64,000 nucleotides of DNA from Candidatus Doudnabacteria bacterium (GTDB lineage Bacteria; Patescibacteriota; Doudnabacteria; UBA920; 2-01-FULL-46-14). A program made the position numbers and the translations under genes. Below, in pieces: positions 8,946-17,741 of this stretch. Position 1 is the stretch's first letter. Every line of letters starts with the position of its first letter. The DNA lies in assembly GCA_041497195.1 (NCBI GenBank), contig JBGQGB010000004.1, forward strand, positions 1,770 to 65,769, written 5' to 3'. A model generated the notes under the pieces. That model was not told the DNA's origin. It made no database searches and worked only from the letters and a program-made list of their open reading frames with translations.

Positions 8946-10697
8946 ATGGCTGACATACCAGAACCAATGCAAACTCCGCCCACCTCAGGTCCGGCGGGCA
9001 AAATATCAGGGCTTTTTAGCCGGTTCAACAAACCGCTTTGGTTAACTTTGATAATTTTGGCCGCGCTGACTTTGGTGTCGGTTGTTTATGTTTTGTTTTT
9101 CCGCGGGATAGGAATGAAACAAAGTTATAAGGGCGACCTGAAAGTCTCCGTCCAAGCTCCCGATTCTTCCCCAACCGGTTCGGAACTGACTTATGGCGTT
9201 GATATCGAGAATCTGACAAACGTGAAAATGACCAATGTGACCTTGGAAGTTGTGTATCCGTCCGGTTTCACTTTTGTGAATTCGACTCCTGATCCGCAGG
9301 AAAGCTCGGCCCGGACTTTTGTCTTTCCTGACCTCGCGTCCCAGGGCAAGCAGCATTTGGCGATTGTGGGCAGGCTCGACGGCTCGGTCCAGGAAATCAA
9401 GACCCTGACCGTAAAACTCCATTACATACCTGTAAATTTTCGTTCTTCATTTGAGACAGACGCGAGCGCCACGACTGTCATCGCGGCCCCGGCTCTGGCG
9501 ATGCACCTCGCCGCGCCCGCCCAGTTCATCACAGGTGAGCTGATCAATTACCAATTGCAAGTTACTAACGTAGCTACTCATCCTTTCTCCGGCGTAGGCT
9601 TGAAACTCTCTTACCCGGAAAAATTCCAGTTTAACAAAGCTGACAATCTCCAGCCAAACCAGACCTCAGACCGGGGGAGCGAATGGGATATCAGCAACAT
9701 TGATATCGGCCAGTCACTCAATTTTTCCGTGTTGGGACGTTTATCCCAGGAGCCGGGCAAAGAAGCTGCGGTCCAGGCGGAAATTTTTCTGAAAAGTCCG
9801 GACGGGAACGTGGTTTCCGCGGGACAGATTTCCGCGGTCACGCAGATGTTGCCGTCGCCTCTGATCCTGACCCAAAGGCTTATCAAGCCCCCGGATGTTT
9901 TTTTGCAGGGCCAAGATTTGAATTATGAGGTTGATTATCAGAATGTCAGCCAAGTGGGACTGACCAACGTCGTCGTCCAACTGGATTTTGATACACAGGT
10001 GTTCGATTATACCAAACTCCGCATAGAGAAAGGCCAGCTGAAAAACAATACCATTGTCTGGACCCCTGCCCAGCTTCCCGAGCTCCTGGCCATGCAGCCG
10101 AATCAGCAAGGGCAGTTCCAATTTAGCATCGCCTTGAAGGCCAACCTGGCCGGTAGTAGTGTAAAAAATTCCACCCTGCGCACGCGGCTACAATATACTT
10201 CGCAGGAACTCTCCGAGCCGATTTTCGGCAACACTCTGGAGTATAAAGTCCAGAGCGAAATGCAGGTTGTGGCGAGCGCGAAGCTTATTTCCGGAGCAAA
10301 CCCGCCGGTGGTGGGCCTCCCCACGACTTATCAGATCGATTTGACCGTGACCAACGGAGTGAACGACGTCAGTCAGGCGATTCTCTTGGCAACGATCCCG
10401 CGGACAGAGGCGCAGTTTTCTGTGGCTGCAGTCAATCCGCCGGAGGAGCAGGCCAACGTACAATTTGTCCCAGTGTCAGGGAGCTTGCGCTGGCAGCTCG
10501 GGGAAATTTTTGCACTGACCGGATCGTTTCATGATCCGCGGAAATTGTCCTTTCCCTTGACCGTCACGCCGACCGCCAGCGATAATCTCAACAGGCTGAC
10601 TTTGCTGCAAGGAATTCAGGCCAGCGGGACTGACAATTTTACCAGCAATGACCTCAAGTCAAATCAAATAGACTCTTTGGTTACCAGTAACCAATAG
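8946..10697 (+). CDS. membrane-anchored protein with DUF11-like repeated beta-sandwich domains
   Basis: N-terminal TM helix (LWLTLIILAALTLVSVVYVLFF). At least four repeats of the pattern L-x-Y-x-V/I-x-N-x-(S/T)-x...V-x-L matching the conserved repeat domain (DUF11) seen in surface proteins. Confidence 0.45.
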   Translation: MADIPEPMQTPPTSGPAGKISGLFSRFNKPLWLTLIILAALTLVSVVYVLFFRGIGMKQSYKGDLKVSVQAPDSSPTGSELTYGVDIENLTNVKMTNVTLEVVYPSGFTFVNSTPDPQESSARTFVFPDLASQGKQHLAIVGRLDGSVQEIKTLTVKLHYIPVNFRSSFETDASATTVIAAPALAMHLAAPAQFITGELINYQLQVTNVATHPFSGVGLKLSYPEKFQFNKADNLQPNQTSDRGSEWDISNIDIGQSLNFSVLGRLSQEPGKEAAVQAEIFLKSPDGNVVSAGQISAVTQMLPSPLILTQRLIKPPDVFLQGQDLNYEVDYQNVSQVGLTNVVVQLDFDTQVFDYTKLRIEKGQLKNNTIVWTPAQLPELLAMQPNQQGQFQFSIALKANLAGSSVKNSTLRTRLQYTSQELSEPIFGNTLEYKVQSEMQVVASAKLISGANPPVVGLPTTYQIDLTVTNGVNDVSQAILLATIPRTEAQFSVAAVNPPEEQANVQFVPVSGSLRWQLGEIFALTGSFHDPRKLSFPLTVTPTASDNLNRLTLLQGIQASGTDNFTSNDLKSNQIDSLVTSNQ

Positions 10698-10703
10698 GCA
10701 AAC

Positions 10704-10733
10704 AAAAACCCCTCCGTTTCGGAGGGTTTTTTT
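10704..10733. terminator. bidirectional rho-independent terminator between convergent genes
   Basis: AAAAACCCCTCCGtttCGGAGGGTTTTTTT: GC-rich 8-bp stem flanked by an A-run and a T-run. Confidence 0.65.
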
Positions 10734-11895
10734 ATGGATGGAGGTAGTTTAGAGGATTTACCGCCTGGCCGTTGAATCTGAGCTCGAAGTGCAGATGCGG
10801 ACCAGTCGAGTGTCCGGTCGAACCGGAAATCATAATTTCCTGGCCTTGTTTGACATGCTCGCCGGCAGTGACCAGCAATTTTGAACCGTGTCCGTAACGG
10901 GTGGTCACTCCATTGCCGTGGTTCAAAAGTATGGTATTGCCGTAGCCGCCTTGCCACCCGGCGATTTCCACTACTCCGTCCGCCGCGGCCACAATCGCGC
11001 AATTTTTGCATGGAATATCTACGGCAGGGTGGCCACTCCAAAAACCCTGGCTCAATTTGGTCGCCCCCGGCTCCGGCCAGACAAAGCCGCTGCTGGCGCC
11101 CCTGTAGTCAGCGGGGACGGCTACTTTTTTGTAGTCTTCTCTGGTCAACCCGGCTAGATATTGTTGACGTTGGGGTGAGGGCGGATTTTGTTTCGTGCCA
11201 TTCGGAATGATTAGTTGATCACCGGGCTGGATATAATCTGCGATTTCGATGTCATTGTAATCCAGGATTTCGGCAGGGTCGACGCCATATTTTTTGGCAA
11301 TGCTATAAACCGTTTCCCCTTTTAGTACAGTATGTGCAATCCCGGACACCGGCAGGATTTTCAGTTCTTGGCCGGGTTTCAGGGAGCTGGTCGTAGAGAT
11401 ATTATTTTCCCAAGCAATGGTATCTATGGTGACGCCATAGGCTGAAGCAATGCGCGTCAGGGTATCACCGCCGCGGACTTGATAGACCTCGATGTCTCTC
11501 TTCACCTGCAGGCCGTCGCTGGAGGCGGGATTGGGTTTGATCATAGTGGAACCGGACAGCATCGGCAGAGGAACTGCCGGCGCTGGATCGGTTTTTTGTA
11601 CGGTCGACGCGCCCAGCACTTCCGGGCCTGTGGGCAGGCTGGTCGTGCTGGCCAGTTTCAAGCTCACCGTTTCGTAGGCGTTCAGTAATTTTCCGTTGAG
11701 GTTCGAGTGGGTTTTGAGGTAAACAAAAAACAAACTCCGGTTGAGAACCGCGGCAGTCTTGGCAGAGTTTGTTCGAAGGTAAAGATTAGTGCCGGCCGTG
11801 AAACCTGTAATCACAATCAAAAGGAGTTCGACTGCAAAATATGTGTGCAGGTTGCGGGCTTTGATTTTACTGAAAATACGGCTGAATCTAGCCAT
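10732..11895 (-). CDS. LysM-domain M23 family metallopeptidase (peptidoglycan hydrolase)
   Basis: Two LysM-like segments (DTLTRIASAYGVTIDTIAWENNI; GETVYSIAKKYGVDPAEILDYNDI) and the M23 signature (HxxxD ... GSTGHSTGPHLHFELRFNGQAVNPLNYL). Confidence 0.85.
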   Translation of the reverse strand: MARFSRIFSKIKARNLHTYFAVELLLIVITGFTAGTNLYLRTNSAKTAAVLNRSLFFVYLKTHSNLNGKLLNAYETVSLKLASTTSLPTGPEVLGASTVQKTDPAPAVPLPMLSGSTMIKPNPASSDGLQVKRDIEVYQVRGGDTLTRIASAYGVTIDTIAWENNISTTSSLKPGQELKILPVSGIAHTVLKGETVYSIAKKYGVDPAEILDYNDIEIADYIQPGDQLIIPNGTKQNPPSPQRQQYLAGLTREDYKKVAVPADYRGASSGFVWPEPGATKLSQGFWSGHPAVDIPCKNCAIVAAADGVVEIAGWQGGYGNTILLNHGNGVTTRYGHGSKLLVTAGEHVKQGQEIMISGSTGHSTGPHLHFELRFNGQAVNPLNYLHP

Positions 11896-12236
11896 TGGTC
11901 AGGTTAGTAATCAGGGGTTATCGCTTCATTTACGATAATAGTGAATTTATCACAAATCGACTCTTGCGGTCAAGGGGATAAGGTCTTGCCAAAAGTTCAA
12001 ATTTCAGGGTTTTTTTGGCTTATTTAAGGCAAAATTTTGTCAAACCGAAGTGTCCACACCAATGGTTTTTTGGCTTAGGCTAGGGCTTTTCGCCAAAAAA
12101 GAAAAATCATTTTTTTAAAACAAATTTTACCGAGGTTTGGCAAGCTTTATCTGGTTTTTTTCCAAGACGTCCAGAGACTCAAGAACCTATCAAAAATCAA
12201 GGTGACAATCTCGGCTAAAACCGGTATGTTTAGTTC

Positions 12237-14333
12237 ATGAAAGATTTTTTAGCGGGGTTGAATGAGGAGCAGCGTGTGGCTGTGACCGCTCCTCTGGGTT
12301 CGGTTTTGGTTTTGGCCGGAGCCGGTTCAGGCAAGACCCGGGTTTTGACTTTCCGGATCGCTTATTTGTTGGGGCAAAAAACGTTTCGTCCCGCTGATAT
12401 CCTGGCTTTGACTTTTACCAACAAAGCCGCTGGCGAAATGCGCGAGCGGATAGAAAAACTTTTGGGCGGTTCGATCGCCGGCAAACGAAGCGGACCCTCT
12501 GTACCCGTCTTGACCATGGGAACGTTTCACTCAGTGTGTGCCAGATTGTTGCGCGTGGAGATAGAAAAACTCAATCGCGGCTATGACCACAACTTTGTGA
12601 TTTATGATACGGATGACGCGCTGCGACTCTTGAAGCAAATCACCTTGGAGCTCGGGATCAGCGAGCGGATCCGTCCGCAGGTTTTGGCTTATTACATCAG
12701 TGCAGCCAAAAATCGTCTGACCAGTCCCGCCGGCCTGGCCTTAGAAAGCTCCTTTGTCGCAGAAACTCTGGAGCAAGTCTATGAACTTTATGAAAAAAAT
12801 CTGCAGAAGCATAATGCCCTGGATTTTGACGATCTGTTGCGCTTGACCTGTGAATTGTTCATGACCCACCCGGCTGTTTTAGCTAAGTATCGAAAACGGT
12901 TCAAATACGTTTTGGTGGACGAATATCAGGATACCAACCACGCCCAGTACATGTTTTTGAAGTTTTTGGTGGAAGAGCACCAGAACCTGTTCGTGGTGGG
13001 CGATGACGCGCAGAGTATTTACGGGTTTCGCGGGGCCAATATGCAGAACATTCTGGATTTTCAAAAAGACTACCCCAAGGCCACAGTTGTAATGCTGCAG
13101 CAGAATTACCGTTCCACGCAAACCATTTTGGATGCCGCGGCGGAGGTCATCAAGCTCAACCCGACCCAGTATGAAAAAAAACTCTGGACCGAAAACAGCG
13201 CCGGGAGCAAGATTAATCTCTATGAGGCGGCAGACGAGCTCGACGAAAGCAGTTTCGTGCTCAGGCAGATTCTGCGCAGTGTCCCATACGCCAATGGTCA
13301 GGCTCTAGCTGAGGCAGAGGCCGAGCTGGTGTACGAGCCGGAAGCCACCCCGATCCTCGACCGATTTTTCAAAGCCGAGCGGCGACCAGCAGTGCCACGC
13401 GTGTCTACCCTGGAGATGCCTGCGGATCTCGGGCAAAACGTCGTCCTTTACCGGACCCACGCGCAAAGTCGTCCTTTGGAAGAAGTTTTTTTGACCGCTG
13501 GCGTACCTTATCAGATCATCGGCGGCATCAAATTTTACGAACGCAAAGAAATCAAAGACGTCATTTCCTATCTGCGCTTGCTGTTGAATCCGCGCGATCT
13601 GGTCAGCTTGGCCCGGATCATCAACCTTCCCGCGCGCGGGATCGGTCCGGCGAATCTCAAAACCCTGACCAAAGCGTTTTCTGCATACGAACATAATTAC
13701 ACCAGACTTTTACGCAATGTTGACGAGCTGTCTCTCCAGCCCAAGGCCTTAGCCGGGGCCAGAGATTTTTTGTCACTTTATGTGGTCGCCAAAAAGTTAG
13801 CCAAAACCAAGACTCTGCCGGAAGTGATGCATTTGATGCTCAATCGCTCCGGCTACAAAGACCAGCTCCTCGACGGCTCTACAGAAGGCGAAGCCCGCTG
13901 GGAAAATATCGAAGAACTGTTCAATGTTGCTGTCCGCTACAAACACCTGCCGTGGGCCGAGGGCTTGCAGGCTTTTCTGCAGGAAGTGGCTCTGATGACT
14001 GACCTCGACAGCATGGAGGAACAGGGCAACAAGCTGACCTTGATGACCCTGCACTCAGCCAAAGGCCTGGAGTTTGAGAATGTCTTCATGGTCGGGCTGG
14101 AAGAGGGATTGCTGCCTCATTCCCGCGCTCTGTTGTCGCCGCAGGAAATCGCCGAGGAAGTGAGGCTCGCTTATGTCGGCATCACCAGAGCGAAGCAAAA
14201 TCTCTATTTGAGTTATGCCAGACAACGGCAGACCTTCGGCGAGACCAAGCGGGCCATCCCGTCTCGTATCCTCAAAGCCATACCGAAAAAGCTGATCAAC
14301 AAGATTCCCAATTTTTCCATTCAAGAAAATTAG
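12237..14333 (+). CDS. uvrD: ATP-dependent DNA helicase UvrD/PcrA
   Basis: N-terminal LNEEQRVAV...LVLAGAGSGKTRVLTFRIAYLL (Walker A, helicase motif I) followed by SF1 motifs. 698 aa. Confidence 0.9.
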   Translation: MKDFLAGLNEEQRVAVTAPLGSVLVLAGAGSGKTRVLTFRIAYLLGQKTFRPADILALTFTNKAAGEMRERIEKLLGGSIAGKRSGPSVPVLTMGTFHSVCARLLRVEIEKLNRGYDHNFVIYDTDDALRLLKQITLELGISERIRPQVLAYYISAAKNRLTSPAGLALESSFVAETLEQVYELYEKNLQKHNALDFDDLLRLTCELFMTHPAVLAKYRKRFKYVLVDEYQDTNHAQYMFLKFLVEEHQNLFVVGDDAQSIYGFRGANMQNILDFQKDYPKATVVMLQQNYRSTQTILDAAAEVIKLNPTQYEKKLWTENSAGSKINLYEAADELDESSFVLRQILRSVPYANGQALAEAEAELVYEPEATPILDRFFKAERRPAVPRVSTLEMPADLGQNVVLYRTHAQSRPLEEVFLTAGVPYQIIGGIKFYERKEIKDVISYLRLLLNPRDLVSLARIINLPARGIGPANLKTLTKAFSAYEHNYTRLLRNVDELSLQPKALAGARDFLSLYVVAKKLAKTKTLPEVMHLMLNRSGYKDQLLDGSTEGEARWENIEELFNVAVRYKHLPWAEGLQAFLQEVALMTDLDSMEEQGNKLTLMTLHSAKGLEFENVFMVGLEEGLLPHSRALLSPQEIAEEVRLAYVGITRAKQNLYLSYARQRQTFGETKRAIPSRILKAIPKKLINKIPNFSIQEN

Positions 14334-15275
14334 ATGCGCCGTCCGATTATTTTTACCCTGATTTTATTTGTCGGCATTGCCTTGGGGTTTTTTTTCCGCG
14401 AGCTTTTACCGGGGAAGCCTGTGGGCGCCAAGGTGGTCAGGATTGAGAGTCGGGGCTTGAGTTACCATTTGGCGACCAAAGCGAAAACAGTCGGGGAGGC
14501 GCTGGCTGCGGAAAATTTCCAAACGCAGGACAGCCGCATTGTTCCCGATCCCAGCGCATCCCTGACTGGCGGCATGACCATTGAGGTCGCCAAAGCCTTG
14601 ACTGTCAATCTAGTGGATGGCGGCAACCGCAGTCAGGTCGTCACCCACGCCGCCACGGTTGGGGATTTTTTGTTCGAACAAAAAATCGCACTGGCCGCCA
14701 CTGACCGGGTCACCCCGGATTTTTCGCAATTTTTGGGCGAGGGCATGACTGTCACGATTGACCGGATTGTGGATCTAGAAGTTGTTGAGGCTCATGATAT
14801 TCCTTTTGAAATTATCCGGCGCGACGATCCCCTCGTCTTTTACGGTCAAGCAAAAATCCTGACCCCGGGTATATTAGGCCAAAAGGAGCAGACCTTTTTG
14901 ATTACCTATAAAAACGGGGTCGAAATCAAGCGGAAATTGGAGAAAGCCAAGGTTTTGGAAAAACCTCATTCGGAAATTCGCGATTTTGGCACCAAAATCA
15001 TGGTCCAAGAAACCCGGGACGGGCGCGCCAGTTGGTATGCGTTTCGCGGCTGCATGTGCGCGGCGCACCCGTTTTACGCGAAAGGGCGATTCGTGCGCGT
15101 CACTTCAGAAGCCACGGGCAAAAGCATTATTGTTGAGATCAATGACCTTGGGCCGGACCTCGGCATTCATCCCGACCGCATCATTGATCTCGATTCCGTG
15201 GCTTTCAAACAACTAGCCCCGCTGAATTCCGGTACACTGGGAGTCAGGGTGGAGCTTCTCCAAGATGGAAATTAG
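14334..15275 (+). CDS. membrane-anchored cell-wall protein with DUF348/G5-like region and C-terminal RlpA-like double-psi beta-barrel domain
   Basis: C-terminus ASWYAFRGCMCAAHPFYAKGRFVRVTSEATGKSIIVEINDLGPDLGIHPDRIIDLDSVAF matches the RlpA DPBB pattern (ASWYG...AAH..LP...V.V.N..NGKS..VRINDRGP...RIIDLS). The start codon abuts the uvrD stop. Confidence 0.65.
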   Translation: MRRPIIFTLILFVGIALGFFFRELLPGKPVGAKVVRIESRGLSYHLATKAKTVGEALAAENFQTQDSRIVPDPSASLTGGMTIEVAKALTVNLVDGGNRSQVVTHAATVGDFLFEQKIALAATDRVTPDFSQFLGEGMTVTIDRIVDLEVVEAHDIPFEIIRRDDPLVFYGQAKILTPGILGQKEQTFLITYKNGVEIKRKLEKAKVLEKPHSEIRDFGTKIMVQETRDGRASWYAFRGCMCAAHPFYAKGRFVRVTSEATGKSIIVEINDLGPDLGIHPDRIIDLDSVAFKQLAPLNSGTLGVRVELLQDGN

Positions 15276-16116
15276 AGAATTGCAAAAACAGTTGGCCCAA
15301 TTCCGCATCCGGCCCGATAAACGGCTGGGGCAGAATTTTTTGCTCTCCGACGAGGTACTCGAGCAAATCGTCAGCGCCGCGGACCTGGGCATCACTGACG
15401 AAGTTTTGGAGATCGGTCCGGGTTTGGGATTTTTGACCAGACGCCTGGCGGACAAAGTGTCTCGCGTTTACGCGGTGGAAAAGGACCGCCACCTGGCCCT
15501 GGCCCTGCGAAAAATTTTCAGAAAAAACCGCACGGTCACAGTCATCCAGGATGACGGTTTGTTTTTTGTGCCAGGAAGCGTCGGACTGAAACCCTGGCAA
15601 TACAAACTGGTCGCCAACCTGCCCTATTACATCACCGGCAAGATTTTGCAGGTTTTTTTGACCGCGCCAACCAAACCATCCCTAATGGTGCTGATGGTCC
15701 AAAAAGAAGTAGGGGAGCGGCTGACCGCCCAGCCAGGGCAGATGTCTTTGCTGTCAGTCTCTGCCCAGTTTTATTCAAACCCGGAAATCATTGGTTTTGT
15801 GCCAAAGCAAAATTTTTATCCGCAACCCGAGGTGGACAGCGCGATTGTGCGGCTCCAGGTTTTGCCGCAGCCGCGGCTGCCGGTTGATGAGGCGAAGTTT
15901 TTTCAGCTGGTGAAAATCAGCTTTGCCAACAAACGCAAACAACTGCACAACAATCTGATGAGCGTGCCCTTGGGTGACGCTGGTTCGCCGGCGCGGCCTG
16001 ACTTCAAGCAGATCTTGGCAGATTTGGGTCTCAGCGCCACCGTAAGGCCCCAAGAACTCTCGGTGGAAGATTGGGGACGGCTCTATGCTAGACTGTTTCC
16101 CGCACAAACCGAATAA
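15265..16116 (+). CDS. rsmA: 16S rRNA (adenine1518/1519-N6)-dimethyltransferase RsmA/KsgA
   Basis: Classic N-terminal RPDKRLGQNFL motif and SAM-binding LEIGPGLGFLT. 283 aa. Overlaps the upstream gene by 11 nt. Confidence 0.9.
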   Translation: MEIRELQKQLAQFRIRPDKRLGQNFLLSDEVLEQIVSAADLGITDEVLEIGPGLGFLTRRLADKVSRVYAVEKDRHLALALRKIFRKNRTVTVIQDDGLFFVPGSVGLKPWQYKLVANLPYYITGKILQVFLTAPTKPSLMVLMVQKEVGERLTAQPGQMSLLSVSAQFYSNPEIIGFVPKQNFYPQPEVDSAIVRLQVLPQPRLPVDEAKFFQLVKISFANKRKQLHNNLMSVPLGDAGSPARPDFKQILADLGLSATVRPQELSVEDWGRLYARLFPAQTE

Positions 16117-16206
16117 TCCGGGCAGTAGATATCAGAAGGAAAAAAATCCGCAATCACCTGTGGTTTGGGCCTTGCGGAAGTTTGGCTCCGTTTAGCACCC
16201 CTCCGG

Positions 16207-16236
16207 TTGACACGAGGGGTTCTTTTATGCTATAAT
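16207..16236 (+). promoter_or_regulatory. sigma70-like promoter (TTGACA-18nt-TATAAT) at the head of the T4SS-like gene block
   Basis: TTGACA 16207-16212, 18-nt spacer, TATAAT 16231-16236, ~65 nt upstream of the ATG at 16301. Confidence 0.5.
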
Positions 16237-16300
16237 GGTTATAGAAAAATCCAGTATAGGAAACAAAAAGGAAAACAAAAAAACAAAAGAATAAGCCCAA

Positions 16301-17299
16301 ATGGCGTCTTTAATGCATGACTTTTTGGAGAGTCAGCGGCTAGCCCACCGATTCCGTAAATTCGTTTTACCATCGGTCATTTTGCTTGCGGTAGTGGTGG
16401 CTGGGGCCGCTGGTTTTTATTTTTACCAGAAACACCAATCCAACCCGGCTCCTACGGCCAAAGCCAGCACCAGCCAAGTGGCGGGAGCGCAAGCGACTAC
16501 TGCTGCAGCGCAGCAGCTACCCCAGGATTGGGTCTTGAAGTATTTTCATACTGCAAACGAAAATGATCCCAAAGTCGGCGGTGCGGCCGGTGATCCGGAT
16601 CATGATTTTTTGTCGAATTATCAAGAATATATTTACGGGACTGATCCGACCAAAGCCGATACTGATGGGGACGGGTCAGTGGATGGAGCAGAGGTGGCGC
16701 TAGGACGTAGTCCCCTCGGCAGTGGTGATTTGGTGTTAACCAATCAGGAGACCAACTATCTCCAGGACCTGGTAAATTCAAATCAAGATTATGCGAAGTT
16801 TTCTCAGGATAATATCCAAAAACAGTTGACACAGACGTTTCAACCGGACAGAGCCGTAGTCATGGATTTTCCCCAAGATTCGGAAATCGTCATAATTAAT
16901 CAAAACGATCAAGCCGCCTTGGAAAGCTACTACAATAGCATGAAAGCTTTGACTGTTGTCGATCCTAGCGATCTAGTCAAGATGCAAAACGGATTGCTCG
17001 GACTCTCGCAAGACGATTTGAATAATTACATCACCAAATTACAAATCACTGTCAGTTTGCTGGAAAAAGTACCAGTGCCGTCGGGGGTCGTCAACATCCA
17101 AAAATTAAAGATAGCGGAGTTGCGCGCGGGGATACGAATGTTCGAGCTGGTTCGCGACGAATACCAAAACGGGACACCTGCCCCAACTTTTTGGTCGGAT
17201 TTGTTTTACCAAACAGTGATTGCCCAAAACTCCGCAGCTTTACAAGTGGTGGGATGGCAGCAGGTCGGTCAGCTGCTTCGGGATAAAGGCGGGATATAA
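16301..17299 (+). CDS. membrane-anchored hypothetical protein with a calcium-binding thrombospondin type-3-like repeat
   Basis: N-terminal TM helix (FVLPSVILLAVVVAGAAGFYFY). Dx(D/N)xDG repeats (GDPDHDF...DTDGDGSVDGAE). Remainder unrecognised. Confidence 0.4.
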   Translation: MASLMHDFLESQRLAHRFRKFVLPSVILLAVVVAGAAGFYFYQKHQSNPAPTAKASTSQVAGAQATTAAAQQLPQDWVLKYFHTANENDPKVGGAAGDPDHDFLSNYQEYIYGTDPTKADTDGDGSVDGAEVALGRSPLGSGDLVLTNQETNYLQDLVNSNQDYAKFSQDNIQKQLTQTFQPDRAVVMDFPQDSEIVIINQNDQAALESYYNSMKALTVVDPSDLVKMQNGLLGLSQDDLNNYITKLQITVSLLEKVPVPSGVVNIQKLKIAELRAGIRMFELVRDEYQNGTPAPTFWSDLFYQTVIAQNSAALQVVGWQQVGQLLRDKGGI

Positions 17300-17304
17300 A
17301 AAGA

Positions 17305-17726
17305 TGTCCTTACCAAAGAAGAGCCAAAACAGGAACAACAAAAAAATTTATATGGCAGTAGCTTTGATTACCTTGACGGTAGCAGCTTATTTTTTTGTTC
17401 TGCAAATACATCCCGCAGAAGCTTTCCTTTCGAGCACGGCGTGTCCGCCAATACTTCCGCCCCCGTTCAGCTGTTACGGCGGTCCCATAGTCGGCATTAT
17501 CCCCCCGTGGATCCCGCTCATTCCCAATCCTTTTGAATGTCTGGGGCCGCAGTATATCATTGGGCCGCCCCGGCCGGCGATAGTGGCTTTTATTCCAGGA
17601 ATTTCCCGGCTTTACGCTCGTTTTGCTCTTCGTGAGGGCGCAAACGTTTTGGGCAATGCCCTACCGGCGATTCCTTTTATTTGCGGGACCGCGGACATCA
17701 TTATGAAAATCGGGACTAGTTTTTAG
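17305..17726 (+). CDS. small secreted Pro/Cys-rich hydrophobic protein, candidate pilin-like subunit
   Basis: Internal ATG at 17305 (MSLPKKSQNRNNKK) gives a basic N-terminus, a signal/TM helix ending AEA|F, and a ~100-aa mature part with two hydrophobic stretches and 6 Cys. ~140 aa. Size and topology are reminiscent of VirB2/TrbC-type pilins, with no sequence-level proof. Confidence 0.3.
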
Positions 17727-17741
17727 GCAACCCTCCAGTTT

